Shown here one piece after another: positions 11,038 through 21,053 of a DNA stretch of 64,000 nucleotides (the stretch's first letter is position 1; the number at the start of each line of letters is the position of its first letter). The stretch lies in assembly GCA_965226885.1 (NCBI GenBank), contig CBDDEL010000014.1, positions 448,001 to 512,000 of the forward strand. Direction: 5' to 3'. The position numbers and the translations under genes are program-made. The notes beneath the pieces were generated by a model. That model was given only the letters and a program-made list of their open reading frames with translations. It had not been told where the DNA came from and searched no databases. The stretch comes from Opitutales bacterium (lineage in GTDB: Bacteria > Verrucomicrobiota > Verrucomicrobiia > Opitutales > UBA2987).

Positions 11038-12518
11038 AAAGCCCCTCCTGGAATCTTGAGCAGTTCGCTGTAGGCACCGAGGTCAGGGGCGGCCACACGG
11101 ACGTGACGCAGGTGTGGATGGCCGTCCAGCCGGAAGGTTCTGCTCCCGTAGTCTTCCTGAGGATAGAGATACTGGGCGATGGCCTCACGAGTCAGTCCCC
11201 CCACCCGCAGGGCCGAGACGACGGCCTGCTGCAAGGCCGCCATGGGGTGTTTCTCCAACAGCCGCAGCACCCGGATATACTCCCGGGTGCCTTCGCCCCC
11301 GCATTGGCTTTCGAGCCGGCGTCTGAGGACCTGCAGGCACTGCGGCAACTGCCAGCCCGAGAGTGGGCGGGCGAAGTCCAAAGCGGCCGGTTTTTTCTCC
11401 AGCAAAGCCAGGTAGTGCACCGGCTCGAAAGAGACTTGCTCTTTATCCCAAATGCGGCGGTGCCGGGCCACCTCTTGGCCCCCACAGAAGATCACCACCT
11501 GCCGACAGGACCCTTCCACCACCACCGGATGGTGGGCGCAGCGCACCGGCACCGAATAGTCGTTGCACTCGAAGCGCACCAGCGAGAGGCTGCGGCTCGC
11601 TTCAAAGGGTATGGGCGGCAACGCCAGCATGACGGCGCGCTCCTCGGCCAGCAGTTCCTTTTTCACCGCCCTTTTCCCGCGTAATTTACGCTCCATGTCC
11701 CGCTCACATGCCTCCAACAGCTTTGCGTTGAGTTCCTCCAGGTCCCGAACCTGCGGTACCGGTACCAGGAAGTTGGCCCGGGCATAACGCACGATCCCCT
11801 CGACCACGCCCTTCTCGTTGGGCCGGGCGGGCAGACAGAAGTGTTCCTCGAACAGGTAATGGCTCTGTAGCTGCAGAAACCCGTCGGTCAGCTTGCGTTC
11901 ACGCGAACCGATAATCTTACCCACCGCCACCTTCGAGTTGTCATAGCTGATGCGCCGGGGCACCGCCCCGAAAAACTCAAAAGCTCGCAGGTGCCCCTCC
12001 CAGAAGCTCTCCGTGCACTCCCGTTCGAACACCTGCACGAAAAAGGCATCGCTGTAGGGCAGGCTCATGGCAAAAAATGGCCGCCTACGCAATTGCCCCG
12101 CCTCCTTCACCAGGGCATGACCGAAGTCCACCTGTCCCTCCCCGGGGCGGTGCTCCAGCGGCACGAACACTTCCCGCCGCCTCGCTCGCAGCTCGGCCAC
12201 CACCTCCTTGACCGCCGTGTAGCCCCCTTGGTAGCCCTTCTCCCGACCCAAACGCTGGTAGATCCGTTTGGCCGTATGGCGCTGCTTCTTGGGCACGTTC
12301 CGGTCCGCTTTGAGCACCTCCTCGATCCAGCCCACATACGGATCGATCTTGCGCTCTCGCCTCTTCTTGCGCCGGTCTCCCGGCGGCTGGGAATAGGCCA
12401 GCATCTTTCCCAGGGTCTCCCAGTGCAGTCCCTCTTCTCGCATTACAGAGCGCTTGCTCTACTTGTCCCGCAGCACTTTGTGCCGCACTCTTGTCCATTG
12501 CTTCATATCTCGATACAC
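11034..12518 (-). pseudogene. istA: IS21 transposase IstA with an in-frame TAG at codon 20
   Basis: RBS AGGAGGA, then GTG at 12518 reading MYRDMKQWTRVRHKVLRDK*SKRSVMREE. DDE motifs GQVDFG, SYDN and EKGVVE follow. Confidence 0.85.
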
Positions 12519-12592
12519 TCCTCCTTTCTAGGATAAGCGTACCGGTTTTAAAGCGCCCTCTTTACCGTACCGGTTTTTCCCCGGCGTTTACA

Positions 12593-12743
12593 CGGTGCCT
12601 CGATTACGATAACTTCCGCGCCACCATTGATCGAATCGATCGGCTGCTGATCGACTCGGAAGTGGAATCGCAGGCCATTGAGCTGGCCTTGGAGGGGTGG
12701 CCGCCAATGGGTCTAAAGGCCCGGCGGCAGCGGGCCAGTTTTG
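12593..12743 (+). mobile_element. 151-bp internal fragment of the IS5/ISNCY-like transposase gene
   Basis: Near-identical to the 5' part of the transposase at 40075-41556 (RCLDYDNFRATIDRID...RQRASF). Confidence 0.9.
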
Positions 12744-14877
12744 TCACGATACTCAGCCTCCGATCGCTGACCGATACCAGCGAGCAGGTGGAACATACTC
12801 ACGAGGTGATTCAAACGGCAAAGGAAATTGAGGCGTCTGCCGTTGATATGGAAACCGGCATGAGAGGCTACCTACTGGCGGGCAAGGAAGAATTTCTCGG
12901 TCCCTACAATTCTGGTCGTGTGAAGTTCTCTCAATTGAGCAAGGAATTGAAAAAGACGGTCAATGACAACCCCGCACAGGTAGAGCTGCTTGAAGAAATT
13001 CAGGAAAATATTGGCGGCTGGCAATCCAATGTCACCGAATCGACTATCGAGTTACGCAGAGAAATCGGCGATGCAAAAACCATGGACGATATTTCACGTC
13101 TCGTTGGGGAAAAAAGGGGGAAGGTATACTTCGACAAGTTTCGTGGACAGGTCAAAACCTTCATAGAGAGAGAAAGCAATCTTATGGCCGTACGGCAAAA
13201 GGAAGCCAAGGAAATGACGGCCAGAGGTTTAGAGAATGTTAACCTGCTGTATAAAACCACCGAATGGGTCGATCATACGCATGTGGTGATTCAAGAGGCG
13301 ATGAAAATAGAGGCTGCGGCCGTTGATATGGAGACCGGGATGCGAGGTTTCCTGCTCGCTGGTAAAGACGAGTTTCTTGGACCCTACACCGAGGGAAAAG
13401 CGAAATTTTTCGATTTAGTTACAAGTTTATCAAAGACCGTGGATGACAACCCCGCACAGGTAGTCCTGCTGGAAGATATAAGAAAAAACATCGGTGAGTG
13501 GCAGCAAAACGTCACGGAGCCAGCCATCAAGTTGCGTCGATCCGTTGGTAGGGGAAAGACAATGGATGATGTAGCAGCGCTCATTGGGGAAGCCAGGGGC
13601 AAGACCTACTTTGATAAGTTTCGTGGACAGATAGCGCGCTTCATAGAGAGGGAAGCAAGCCTTATGGCTGAACGCCAAGAGACCGCCAAGGTAATTTTTG
13701 CCGATACTACAAGTAACCTGCACTCACTGGAAGAAAGCACCGATATGGTCGATCACACCCATGAAGTGATTCAAGAGGCGATGAAAGTGGTGGCGTCGGC
13801 AGTTGATATGGAGACCGGGATGAGAGGCTACCTGTTGGCCGGTAAAGAAGAGTTTCTTGCTCCGTATGAGACTGGCAAAAACAATTTTTATGGGACACTC
13901 GAAAAACTGGCAAAGACCGTAAACGACAACCCCGCACAAGTGGCCCTGCTTAGTGAAATCAAAACAAATATCACAGGGTGGCAGGAAAAGGTCACGGAAT
14001 CGTCCATTGCCCTTCGGACAGAAATTGGCGATGCAAAAACCATGAATGATATGGCAAAGCTGATTGGAGAGGCAAGGGGCAAAGTCTATTTCGACAAATT
14101 TCGCGATCAGATAAAGACCTTCGTGGGAAGAGAGAACACCCTTATGGAATTGCGGAAAAAAGATGCCGATAAAACTTCGGCCAGTACGATGCTGACTGTA
14201 ATCTCGGGCACCATTATAACAATTTTAATAGCGGCCATCCTATCGTTTATCATCACCCGTGGCATCACCACCCCGTTGCGCCAGACGATGAATGTCCTCG
14301 AAGCTGTGGCAGATGGGGATTTAAGCAAGCAGATCGATCTCGACCGTAAAGACGAGATTGGCCAGATGGGTGATAATCTAAATAAGGCGACGGATTACAT
14401 AAGGGAAATTGCCGACGCTGCTGAATCCCTCGGTCGGAAGGACTTGACGGTCAAGGTCGTCCCAAAGTCCGGGCAGGATTTGCTATCACAGAACTTCATC
14501 AAAGCTGTGGATGGGATGAGCGGCGCCATTCAAGCCATCTCGGAGAACGCACATGTGCTGACCGGTTCATCGGCAGAGATGTTACAGGTAAGCCAGCAGC
14601 TGGCTGGCAATGCTGAGGAAACCTCCACGCAAGCCAATGTGGTATCGGCAGCCAGCGAACAGGTTACCAACAACGTTCAAACCGTAGCCACCGGGGCCGA
14701 GGAGATGAGCGCCAGCATCAAAGAGATCGCCCGCAACGCCACGGAGGCCACCGTGGTGGCCGACAAGGCCGTCGGCGTAGCCAAAAAAACCAACACCGTG
14801 ATAGGCAAACTGGCCGAGAGCAGCTCGCAGATCGGGCAAGTCATCAAGGTGATTACTTCCATTGCCGAGCAGACTAA

Positions 14878-16450
14878 CCCGGATATTTCGTAAAAAAAGT
14901 ATCGTTGATATGCTTAACTGCTGATATACAGCAGGATAGATCAATAATTAAAGCAATATCAGCGATGACAAAAGGTAAACAATTAAAGCTACAGTTGACA
15001 AGGGTAAAAGGCCGCCGTGTGCGGGTTGATTTCAAGGGCGGAGAGGTTACTTCGGATGCCGGACTGCTTTTGATCCGGGAAGTGGATCGGCAGTTGGGCT
15101 TGACCGAACGAGCGGCCCGACAGTTAGTGGACAAACGGCAGAAGGGCAAAGTACGCCATGAGGTATTGGGGATGCTGCGGCAGCGCGTTTACGGGCTGGT
15201 GGCGGGCTATGAGGATTTGAACGACTTTGATACCCTGCGCCACGATCCATTGTTGCAAACGGTAACGGGGCGCATTGAAACGTTGGCCAGCGCGCCGACT
15301 TTGTGTCGTTTTGAAAACGGGCAGGATCGGCGGGCGGCCTTTGCGGTAAACGAGCTGTTGGTCGAACAGTTCATGGGCTCCTTTGCCGAGGAACCCGAAG
15401 AGATCATCCTGGACTTTGACGCCACCGACAATCCGGTGCACGGGCTCCAGGAGGGACGTTTTTTCCACGGTTATTATGATCATTACTGTTTTCTGCCGCT
15501 ATATGTTTTCTGCGGTGATCAGCTGCTGGTGGCCTACCTGCGGCCGAGCAAGATCGATGCCAGCAAGCATGCCGGGGCCATCCTCAAATTGCTGGTTAAA
15601 CGGATTCGCCAAAGCTGGCCCCGTACGCGGATTATTTGGCGCGCCGACAGTGGATTTTGTCGAGACCGGATACTCTCTTGGTGCGACCGCAACGAAGTTA
15701 GTTACATCGTGGGGATGGCTCGCAATGCACGCTTGCAGCAAGACGCCCAGCAGTTGCAAAAGCAGGCCAAAGAATGGTTCGAACTAAGGGGTAAAAAACA
15801 ACGGTTATTCCAGGACTTCGTCTATGCTGCCGATTCGTGGCGATGGCTGCGGTTGGTCATCCATAAAGCCGAACACACCGCACAGGGGTCCAACCCGCGC
15901 TTCGTGGTGACGAACCTGCCGGGCGATCCCCAGGAGCTTTACGACAAGGTATACTGTGGCCGCGGTGAAATGGAGAACCGAATCAAGGAACAGATGCAAT
16001 TGTTCAGCGAGCGCACCAGCGCCCATCAATGGTGGGCCAATCAGTGGCGATTGCTCTTGTCGGCGCTGGCCTACACCTTGATGGAAGCCATGCGCCGGTT
16101 AGCCTTAAAAGGGACGAAGTGGGCGCGGGCCCAATGCCACACCCTGCGGCTCAAATTAATCAAGATCGGAGCGGTCATCGTGCGCAACACCCGAACGATT
16201 CACTTTCACCTAAGTGAGAGTTATCCTTGGGCCAGTCTTTTCAACCATGCGGCCCGCCGATTGGTGCCAACCTAAAGGGTGCATTGGTGCTGCCCCCGGC
16301 ACTACCGAACCAATGGGGGAAAGGGGGCAGTGTCTCTACACCCTGAAAAACACCTAAAAATCAAGACGATCTGCTCAAAATACAAAGAAATCCATCTCCA
16401 ATAGCAATAACGAGCACGAGCCAAACTTTACCCTTCATGAAATATCCGGG
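14878..16450 (+). mobile_element. IS1380-family element, copy A (complete)
   Basis: IR CCCGGATATTTC at both ends; 4-bp TSD CTAA (14874-77 and 16451-54). Confidence 0.95.
14965..16275 (+). CDS. IS1380-family transposase
   Basis: FKGGEVTSDAG, GYEDLND, LDFDATD, RADSGF and YCGRGEMENRIKE motifs. Confidence 0.93.
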   Translation: MTKGKQLKLQLTRVKGRRVRVDFKGGEVTSDAGLLLIREVDRQLGLTERAARQLVDKRQKGKVRHEVLGMLRQRVYGLVAGYEDLNDFDTLRHDPLLQTVTGRIETLASAPTLCRFENGQDRRAAFAVNELLVEQFMGSFAEEPEEIILDFDATDNPVHGLQEGRFFHGYYDHYCFLPLYVFCGDQLLVAYLRPSKIDASKHAGAILKLLVKRIRQSWPRTRIIWRADSGFCRDRILSWCDRNEVSYIVGMARNARLQQDAQQLQKQAKEWFELRGKKQRLFQDFVYAADSWRWLRLVIHKAEHTAQGSNPRFVVTNLPGDPQELYDKVYCGRGEMENRIKEQMQLFSERTSAHQWWANQWRLLLSALAYTLMEAMRRLALKGTKWARAQCHTLRLKLIKIGAVIVRNTRTIHFHLSESYPWASLFNHAARRLVPT

Positions 16451-17115
16451 CTAATCTGCTCGCCCTTAACGCCACCATCGAAGCGGCCCGGGCCGGCGAG
16501 GCCGGCAAGGGATTCGCCGTAGTGGCTAGCGAGGTCAAGGAATTAGCCAAAGAGACGAGCAAGGCGACCGAGGACATCGGCAAGAAAATTCAGGCCATTC
16601 AGAAAGATACTGATAGTTCAGTCAAAGCCATCCAAGAGATCAGCGATATCATCGGTCAGATTAGCGGCATCCAGAACACTATCGCCACGGCGGTGGAAGA
16701 GCAGAGCGCAACAACCAACGAAATCGTGAGGAATGTAAGCGAGGCGGCCAAGGGTAGCGCAGAGATTTCCCAGAACATCAACGGGGTGGCCACGGCAGCC
16801 CAGAGCACCACATCAGGTGTCTCTAATATTCAGCAGTCTGCCGAGGAACTTTCCCGCATGGCGGCGGACCTGCAAGGCCTGGTGCAGCAGTTTAAATATA
16901 ATCAAATAGACAGTGCAACTAAACTGCCGGTTGGCAATGAAAATGGAAACGGTATCTCTGATCAGAGTGTTCATGTTCAATCCTCAGTGATCCTCGACGC
17001 CGCTCAGGCGAATACGGATCAGCTTGAAGATATGGATGAGTCGGAGCTTCAACCAATCGGAGGAGAGTTCAGTCGTATCTAGAGCCTAAGGCTTTCTCTT
17101 ACTCGGAGATGTGTA

Positions 17116-17153
17116 GGCTCAAAACCGTGCGTTCCTACGAACGGTTTTGAGCC
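17116..17153 (+). terminator. Stem-loop downstream of the chemoreceptor
   Basis: 13-bp inverted repeat GGCTCAAAACCGT / ACGGTTTTGAGCC. Confidence 0.55.
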
Positions 17154-17216
17154 ATTCTTCAAGGACTTATAACTACAAATTCAAGAGAACGAGTTAATAA
17201 ACATAAAGGATTAAAA

Positions 17217-18423
17217 ATGAAAACCACAAAGTCAGTAATAATAACTGTATTGGAGATAATGATATCAGTATCGGTTTGGGCATCAGAGCAGACTGCCAGT
17301 GAGGCCCAAGAGAGGCCATTGGGTCGTAACGGAATCATCACCGACCTAACCTACACGGGTGAAGTATGGAACAACCTGAGTGGCGGGGTTAACAGCGACG
17401 ATGGGGCCCATTATACCGGGCGCTTCGACATGTATATTCGCGCGGATCTGGATAAAATGGACTTTGGTCCGGATGGTGTCGCAGTGCTTCACTTCCAGGA
17501 CTTGCGCGGCCGGGGAATCACCGAAGGCATTACCGGGGCACACCAGAGAATCAGTAATATCGATGGCAACTCGGGGGCAGGCTTTGACCTCACCCAATTG
17601 AGCCAGTTTTGGTATGAGCGAAGCGCGATGGGCGGACGGCTTGCCGTCAGGTTGGGAAGGATCCTCGCCGATACCGAGTTCGCCGGGGCCACACTGGGGG
17701 GCGATTTCATCAACACCTCCTTGGGATGGACCCACACGATTCCCATGCCCGCCTACCCGGATCCCGCCTACGGGGCGGTGGCATTCTTTCAACTCAGTGA
17801 TTTGATCGGGTTCAAGGCCGGTGTATGGGACGGCGCCCCCAATGGCCGCAATTATGGGTTTTCCGGTGCAGGCGATGTTTTCTCCATCTATCAGTTCACG
17901 GCCAACTACACTCTGTTTGACAGTCAGTTATCCGGCAATTCGCATATCGGCACATGGTACCACAGCGGCCAGTTCGGAGACCAGGCCGGTGGCTCCGTCC
18001 ACGACGGGAACTATGGCGTCTATTTGGGCCTTAGCCAATTTTTGACCAGAGAACAAACTGCGAATGAAGGCGAAGAGCAGGGTCTGGGCATGTTTTTACA
18101 GTTCGGCTGGGCCCCCAAGGACCGTAATAAAGCTAAAATTTACTGGGGTGGCGGCCTGGTTTACAAAGGTTTATTACCAGGCAGAGACGTAGACAGCGTT
18201 GGGATTGGTATTGGAAACATGAGTTTCAGCGGTGAACTCCCGGGTAATCGGAGCGACGAAACGATGATCGAACTGTTCTACAAAGCCCGCCTCAACCAGC
18301 ACATCCTGATTCAGCCTGATTTGCAGTATATTACCAACCCCAATGGAACAGAACCTTACCAACCCCAATGGAACAGAACCCAATGCTTTCGCCTTGGGAT
18401 TGAGATTCCAATTCGCTTATTAA
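17217..18423 (+). pseudogene. OprB-family carbohydrate-selective porin, C-terminus frameshifted by a 25-bp duplication (called ORF ends 18485)
   Basis: Signal peptide, YTGEVWNNLSGG, PAYPD, ELFYK and QPDLQYI motifs. Removing one repeat unit restores ...GLRFQFAY* at 18423. Confidence 0.8.
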
Positions 18424-18563
18424 AAAAAGAAGCGCTCTCCATACCGTCATTGGGACAGGAATATCTTTCCGAAAAACTAACATGAAATTTACCTGTAATT
18501 CATAGACTATTGACCAACGCGCCGGGTAGATTCCGCCTTTTAACCCGGCGCGGAAAAATCGCC

Positions 18564-18623
18564 AAGAGACGCCGGACACCTCCGCCAACATTAATTTGGA
18601 AACGGAGGGGTCCGGCGTTTCTT
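18564..18623. terminator. Probable terminator between convergent genes
   Basis: AAGAGACGCCGGACACCTCCG / CGGAGGGGTCCGGCGTTTCTT hairpin followed by a T-rich tract; a second hairpin at 18518-18552. Confidence 0.6.
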
Positions 18624-18653
18624 TGTTATCTTTTAAAATTATAAAATACAAAT

Positions 18654-19583
18654 TCAGGTTTTTTGGCGTTCTCCGGCAAATAAAAACTGTTGGGCCAGCC
18701 CAGCTTGGGGGCCGAAGTGGGTGCGACCGAAATGGGCGATCTGCTCCCGTTTCCAGCCATCCAGACGGTATTGCCGCCGCATGGCCTTTTCTATCCATAC
18801 ATCGACCGGAAACGACTCCAGCCTGCCCGCACCGAAGAGGAGCACGCAATCGGCGACTTTTTGCCCGACTCCCGGCAACCGCTGCAATTGCTTGTGGGCT
18901 TCCGGGTATGGGAGCGATTGCAAGCGGTTGAGAAAACCGGGATCATTGGCCAGCGCTTGGGCGGTTTGTTTTATGTATTTGGCCCGGTAGCCAGCCTTGC
19001 AGAGCCGCAACTCGACCTCCGGAATATCCAACAGTGTTTTCCAGTCGGGCAGCGAATAGTCATCTTCGGATATTCTTTGCCCCAATCGGCGGGCGGCAGT
19101 TTCGCAAATTTGTTTGATCTGCACAATTTGCTTGTTGGAGCTGCAGAGGAAACAGAAAAGAGTCTCGCCTAAGGGTTGACGCAGAATGCGCAATCCGCGC
19201 CATTCCAGCATGGCTGCATGTAGGATTGGGTCGCTTCGCCAGGGCAGCCTGTCGGTGAGTTCTTCATAATTGCGATCGGAACCGAAATAGCGCTTGATTT
19301 CCGGCCGCATTGGTTTTTCCAGGGCAAAGGGGCATTTCCATTGCAGATCGCCATTGGTTGCCAGCCTGACACTGGCCCGCGATCGTCCCCAGATGCCCGT
19401 CCATTCTCCTCTGCCCGATTGTTTCCAGCGAAAGGCCTGGCCGCCATCGAGGGTTTCAGCCAAGGAGCGCGGGGTGAAGGGCGTCGAAGACTCCAGAATT
19501 TTCCACCGGGTCCAGCCATCCGATTTCTCAGGGCGATCTCCAGAGAAAACTTTCTTTTTCTGCGATGGTATTGCCTCGGGCAT
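18654..19583 (-). CDS. 8-oxoguanine DNA glycosylase / AP lyase (OGG1-like)
   Basis: TLDGGQAFRW, LRILRQP, GYRAKYI and the HhH-GPD motif LPGVGQKVADCVLLF...FPVDVW. Confidence 0.9.
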   Translation of the reverse strand: MPEAIPSQKKKVFSGDRPEKSDGWTRWKILESSTPFTPRSLAETLDGGQAFRWKQSGRGEWTGIWGRSRASVRLATNGDLQWKCPFALEKPMRPEIKRYFGSDRNYEELTDRLPWRSDPILHAAMLEWRGLRILRQPLGETLFCFLCSSNKQIVQIKQICETAARRLGQRISEDDYSLPDWKTLLDIPEVELRLCKAGYRAKYIKQTAQALANDPGFLNRLQSLPYPEAHKQLQRLPGVGQKVADCVLLFGAGRLESFPVDVWIEKAMRRQYRLDGWKREQIAHFGRTHFGPQAGLAQQFLFAGERQKT

Positions 19584-20022
19584 CTTGAAGGGTCAGGCGC
19601 CAGGCCAGAATTTTGGTTTCATTTTGCGCCCAGTCACTACCAGTAATGCCGGCAAAAATTTCACGGGTTTTCGGCATCCCGGAGGGCAGGTGAAGGAGAA
19701 ACTGTTTTTCCTGTATTGACTCGCCCGTAATGATTTCGAGTTTGATCTGGGAATTTTCGGGCAGGTTGCGAACGTTTTGATTGAGGGTAATGATAAAGTA
19801 CTCACCGGCGCGGACATCCGCCTTGGTTCGGACAATCGCCCTCCGTCCCCGGTTTTCTTTTCCAGTGAAAAATTCACTTAGGCGCTGAAAATAATTTTCT
19901 TCCAGGAATTGATGGTGGACGGTCTTTATTACCACATCGGCTATGCCTGGTGAAGCCGGAATCTGGAATGCGAGGAGCACCGTGGCGATGCCCCATCCGG
20001 TAAAATCCGGCCATTTAATCAT
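19528..20022 (-). CDS. Hypothetical exported protein
   Basis: Open frame with a signal-peptide-like N-terminus; overlaps the start of the glycosylase gene, operon-like. Confidence 0.6.
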   Translation of the reverse strand: MIKWPDFTGWGIATVLLAFQIPASPGIADVVIKTVHHQFLEENYFQRLSEFFTGKENRGRRAIVRTKADVRAGEYFIITLNQNVRNLPENSQIKLEIITGESIQEKQFLLHLPSGMPKTREIFAGITGSDWAQNETKILAWRLTLQDARGNTIAEKESFLWRSP

Positions 20023-20143
20023 GGCTTGAGGTTTTGTCGCAGAGAGGGCATTGTCAAAGTTAATCATCGTCTGCAATGGGTTTGCCTGGATAAATTTTAT
20101 GCCGACAATGAGCCGATTTATGGTGAAAGATTCATTAAACTCG

Positions 20144-20947
20144 ATGTATAGCAAGGTGCTGGTGACGGGGGCAAGCGCCGGACTGGGGGAAGGTTTTGTG
20201 CGCATGCTGCTGGATGAAGGTCTGGAAGTTTGGGGGACTTCCCGCAGGCCCCGGCAATTGCCCGAAAGAGATAGATTTCATCCAGTGGAGCTGGATTTGC
20301 GCAATGCCGATTCCCTGAAAGATTTTCTGGACAACGTTCTTCGGCAGGGGCCTCCTTTCGATCTCGTCGTCAACAATGCCGGGTATGGCGCGTTTTACCC
20401 CTTTGATAAATTTCCCGAGAACGAAATAGGTGGCCAAATCGATGTTCTTTTGTCGGGTCCGATACAAATCTGCCGCCAGGCTTATTCCGGCATGCACCAG
20501 CGTGGACACGGTGTTCTGGTCAATGTCTCCTCCTTGGCGGCGGAATTTCCATTGCCCTACATGAGCCTTTACAATGCTTCCAAAAGCGGATTATCGGGTT
20601 TTTCTCAAAGCTTGATTCTGGAATCCCGTGGTTCGGGAGTGACGGTGATCGATTTCCAACCCGGCGATTTCAGAACATCATTCAATGCAGTCATGAAACG
20701 CGATGCGGCCTTGGGGGAGGGAAATCCACAAGTTTCCGCCGCCTGGGATGCGATCGAAAAGAAGCTCAAGAGCGGCCCGCCGGTCGAAATTGCCGTCCAG
20801 AAACTGCGCAAAGCCCTACTCAGACCGCGAAGCGGAACCGTTCGCACGGGCCGGTTTTTCCAGGCTGTCCTGTCCCCATTTATGACGCGATTCCTGCCAC
20901 GGAACGCCATTCTGTGGTTCATTCGCCGCTATTACGGCATGAGATAA
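20144..20947 (+). CDS. SDR-family oxidoreductase
   Basis: TGASAGLG, VNNAGYG, NVSS and YNASK motifs. Confidence 0.88.
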   Translation: MYSKVLVTGASAGLGEGFVRMLLDEGLEVWGTSRRPRQLPERDRFHPVELDLRNADSLKDFLDNVLRQGPPFDLVVNNAGYGAFYPFDKFPENEIGGQIDVLLSGPIQICRQAYSGMHQRGHGVLVNVSSLAAEFPLPYMSLYNASKSGLSGFSQSLILESRGSGVTVIDFQPGDFRTSFNAVMKRDAALGEGNPQVSAAWDAIEKKLKSGPPVEIAVQKLRKALLRPRSGTVRTGRFFQAVLSPFMTRFLPRNAILWFIRRYYGMR

Positions 20948-21053
20948 AACTCCATCCGCAAGTTCGATCAAAAAGGAGGTAAACGAGGACAACTTTACCT
21001 GGCGGTAGGGGAGGTCGGATTATCTTGATAAATATGCAAAATATCTTATATTA

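Larger units (their letters stand above)
10103..12592 (-). mobile_element. IS21-family insertion sequence
   Basis: Terminal IRs TGTAAACGCCGGG (10103) and CCCGGCGTTTACA (12592); repeated sub-terminal AAACCGGTACG boxes at both ends; carries istA-istB. No target duplication. Confidence 0.93.
12744..17082 (+). pseudogene. Methyl-accepting chemotaxis protein (3x CHASE3, TM, HAMP, MA domain), 5'-truncated and interrupted by IS1380
   Basis: Three HTHEVI...DMETGMRG.LLAGK.EFL.PY repeats. The signalling motif [30 protein letters not shown] is split at 14877/16451. Confidence 0.9.

Noticed and set aside
12459..12461. Stop-codon reassignment or pyrrolysine readthrough
   Set aside because: TAG terminates normal genes here (for example phnF and the chemoreceptor), and no recoding machinery is visible.
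12491..14893. 800-aa ORF as a genuine novel fusion protein
   Set aside because: It is stitched from the IS21 end, a transposase fragment and a broken chemoreceptor, has only a TTG start inside the IS, and ends within IS1380.
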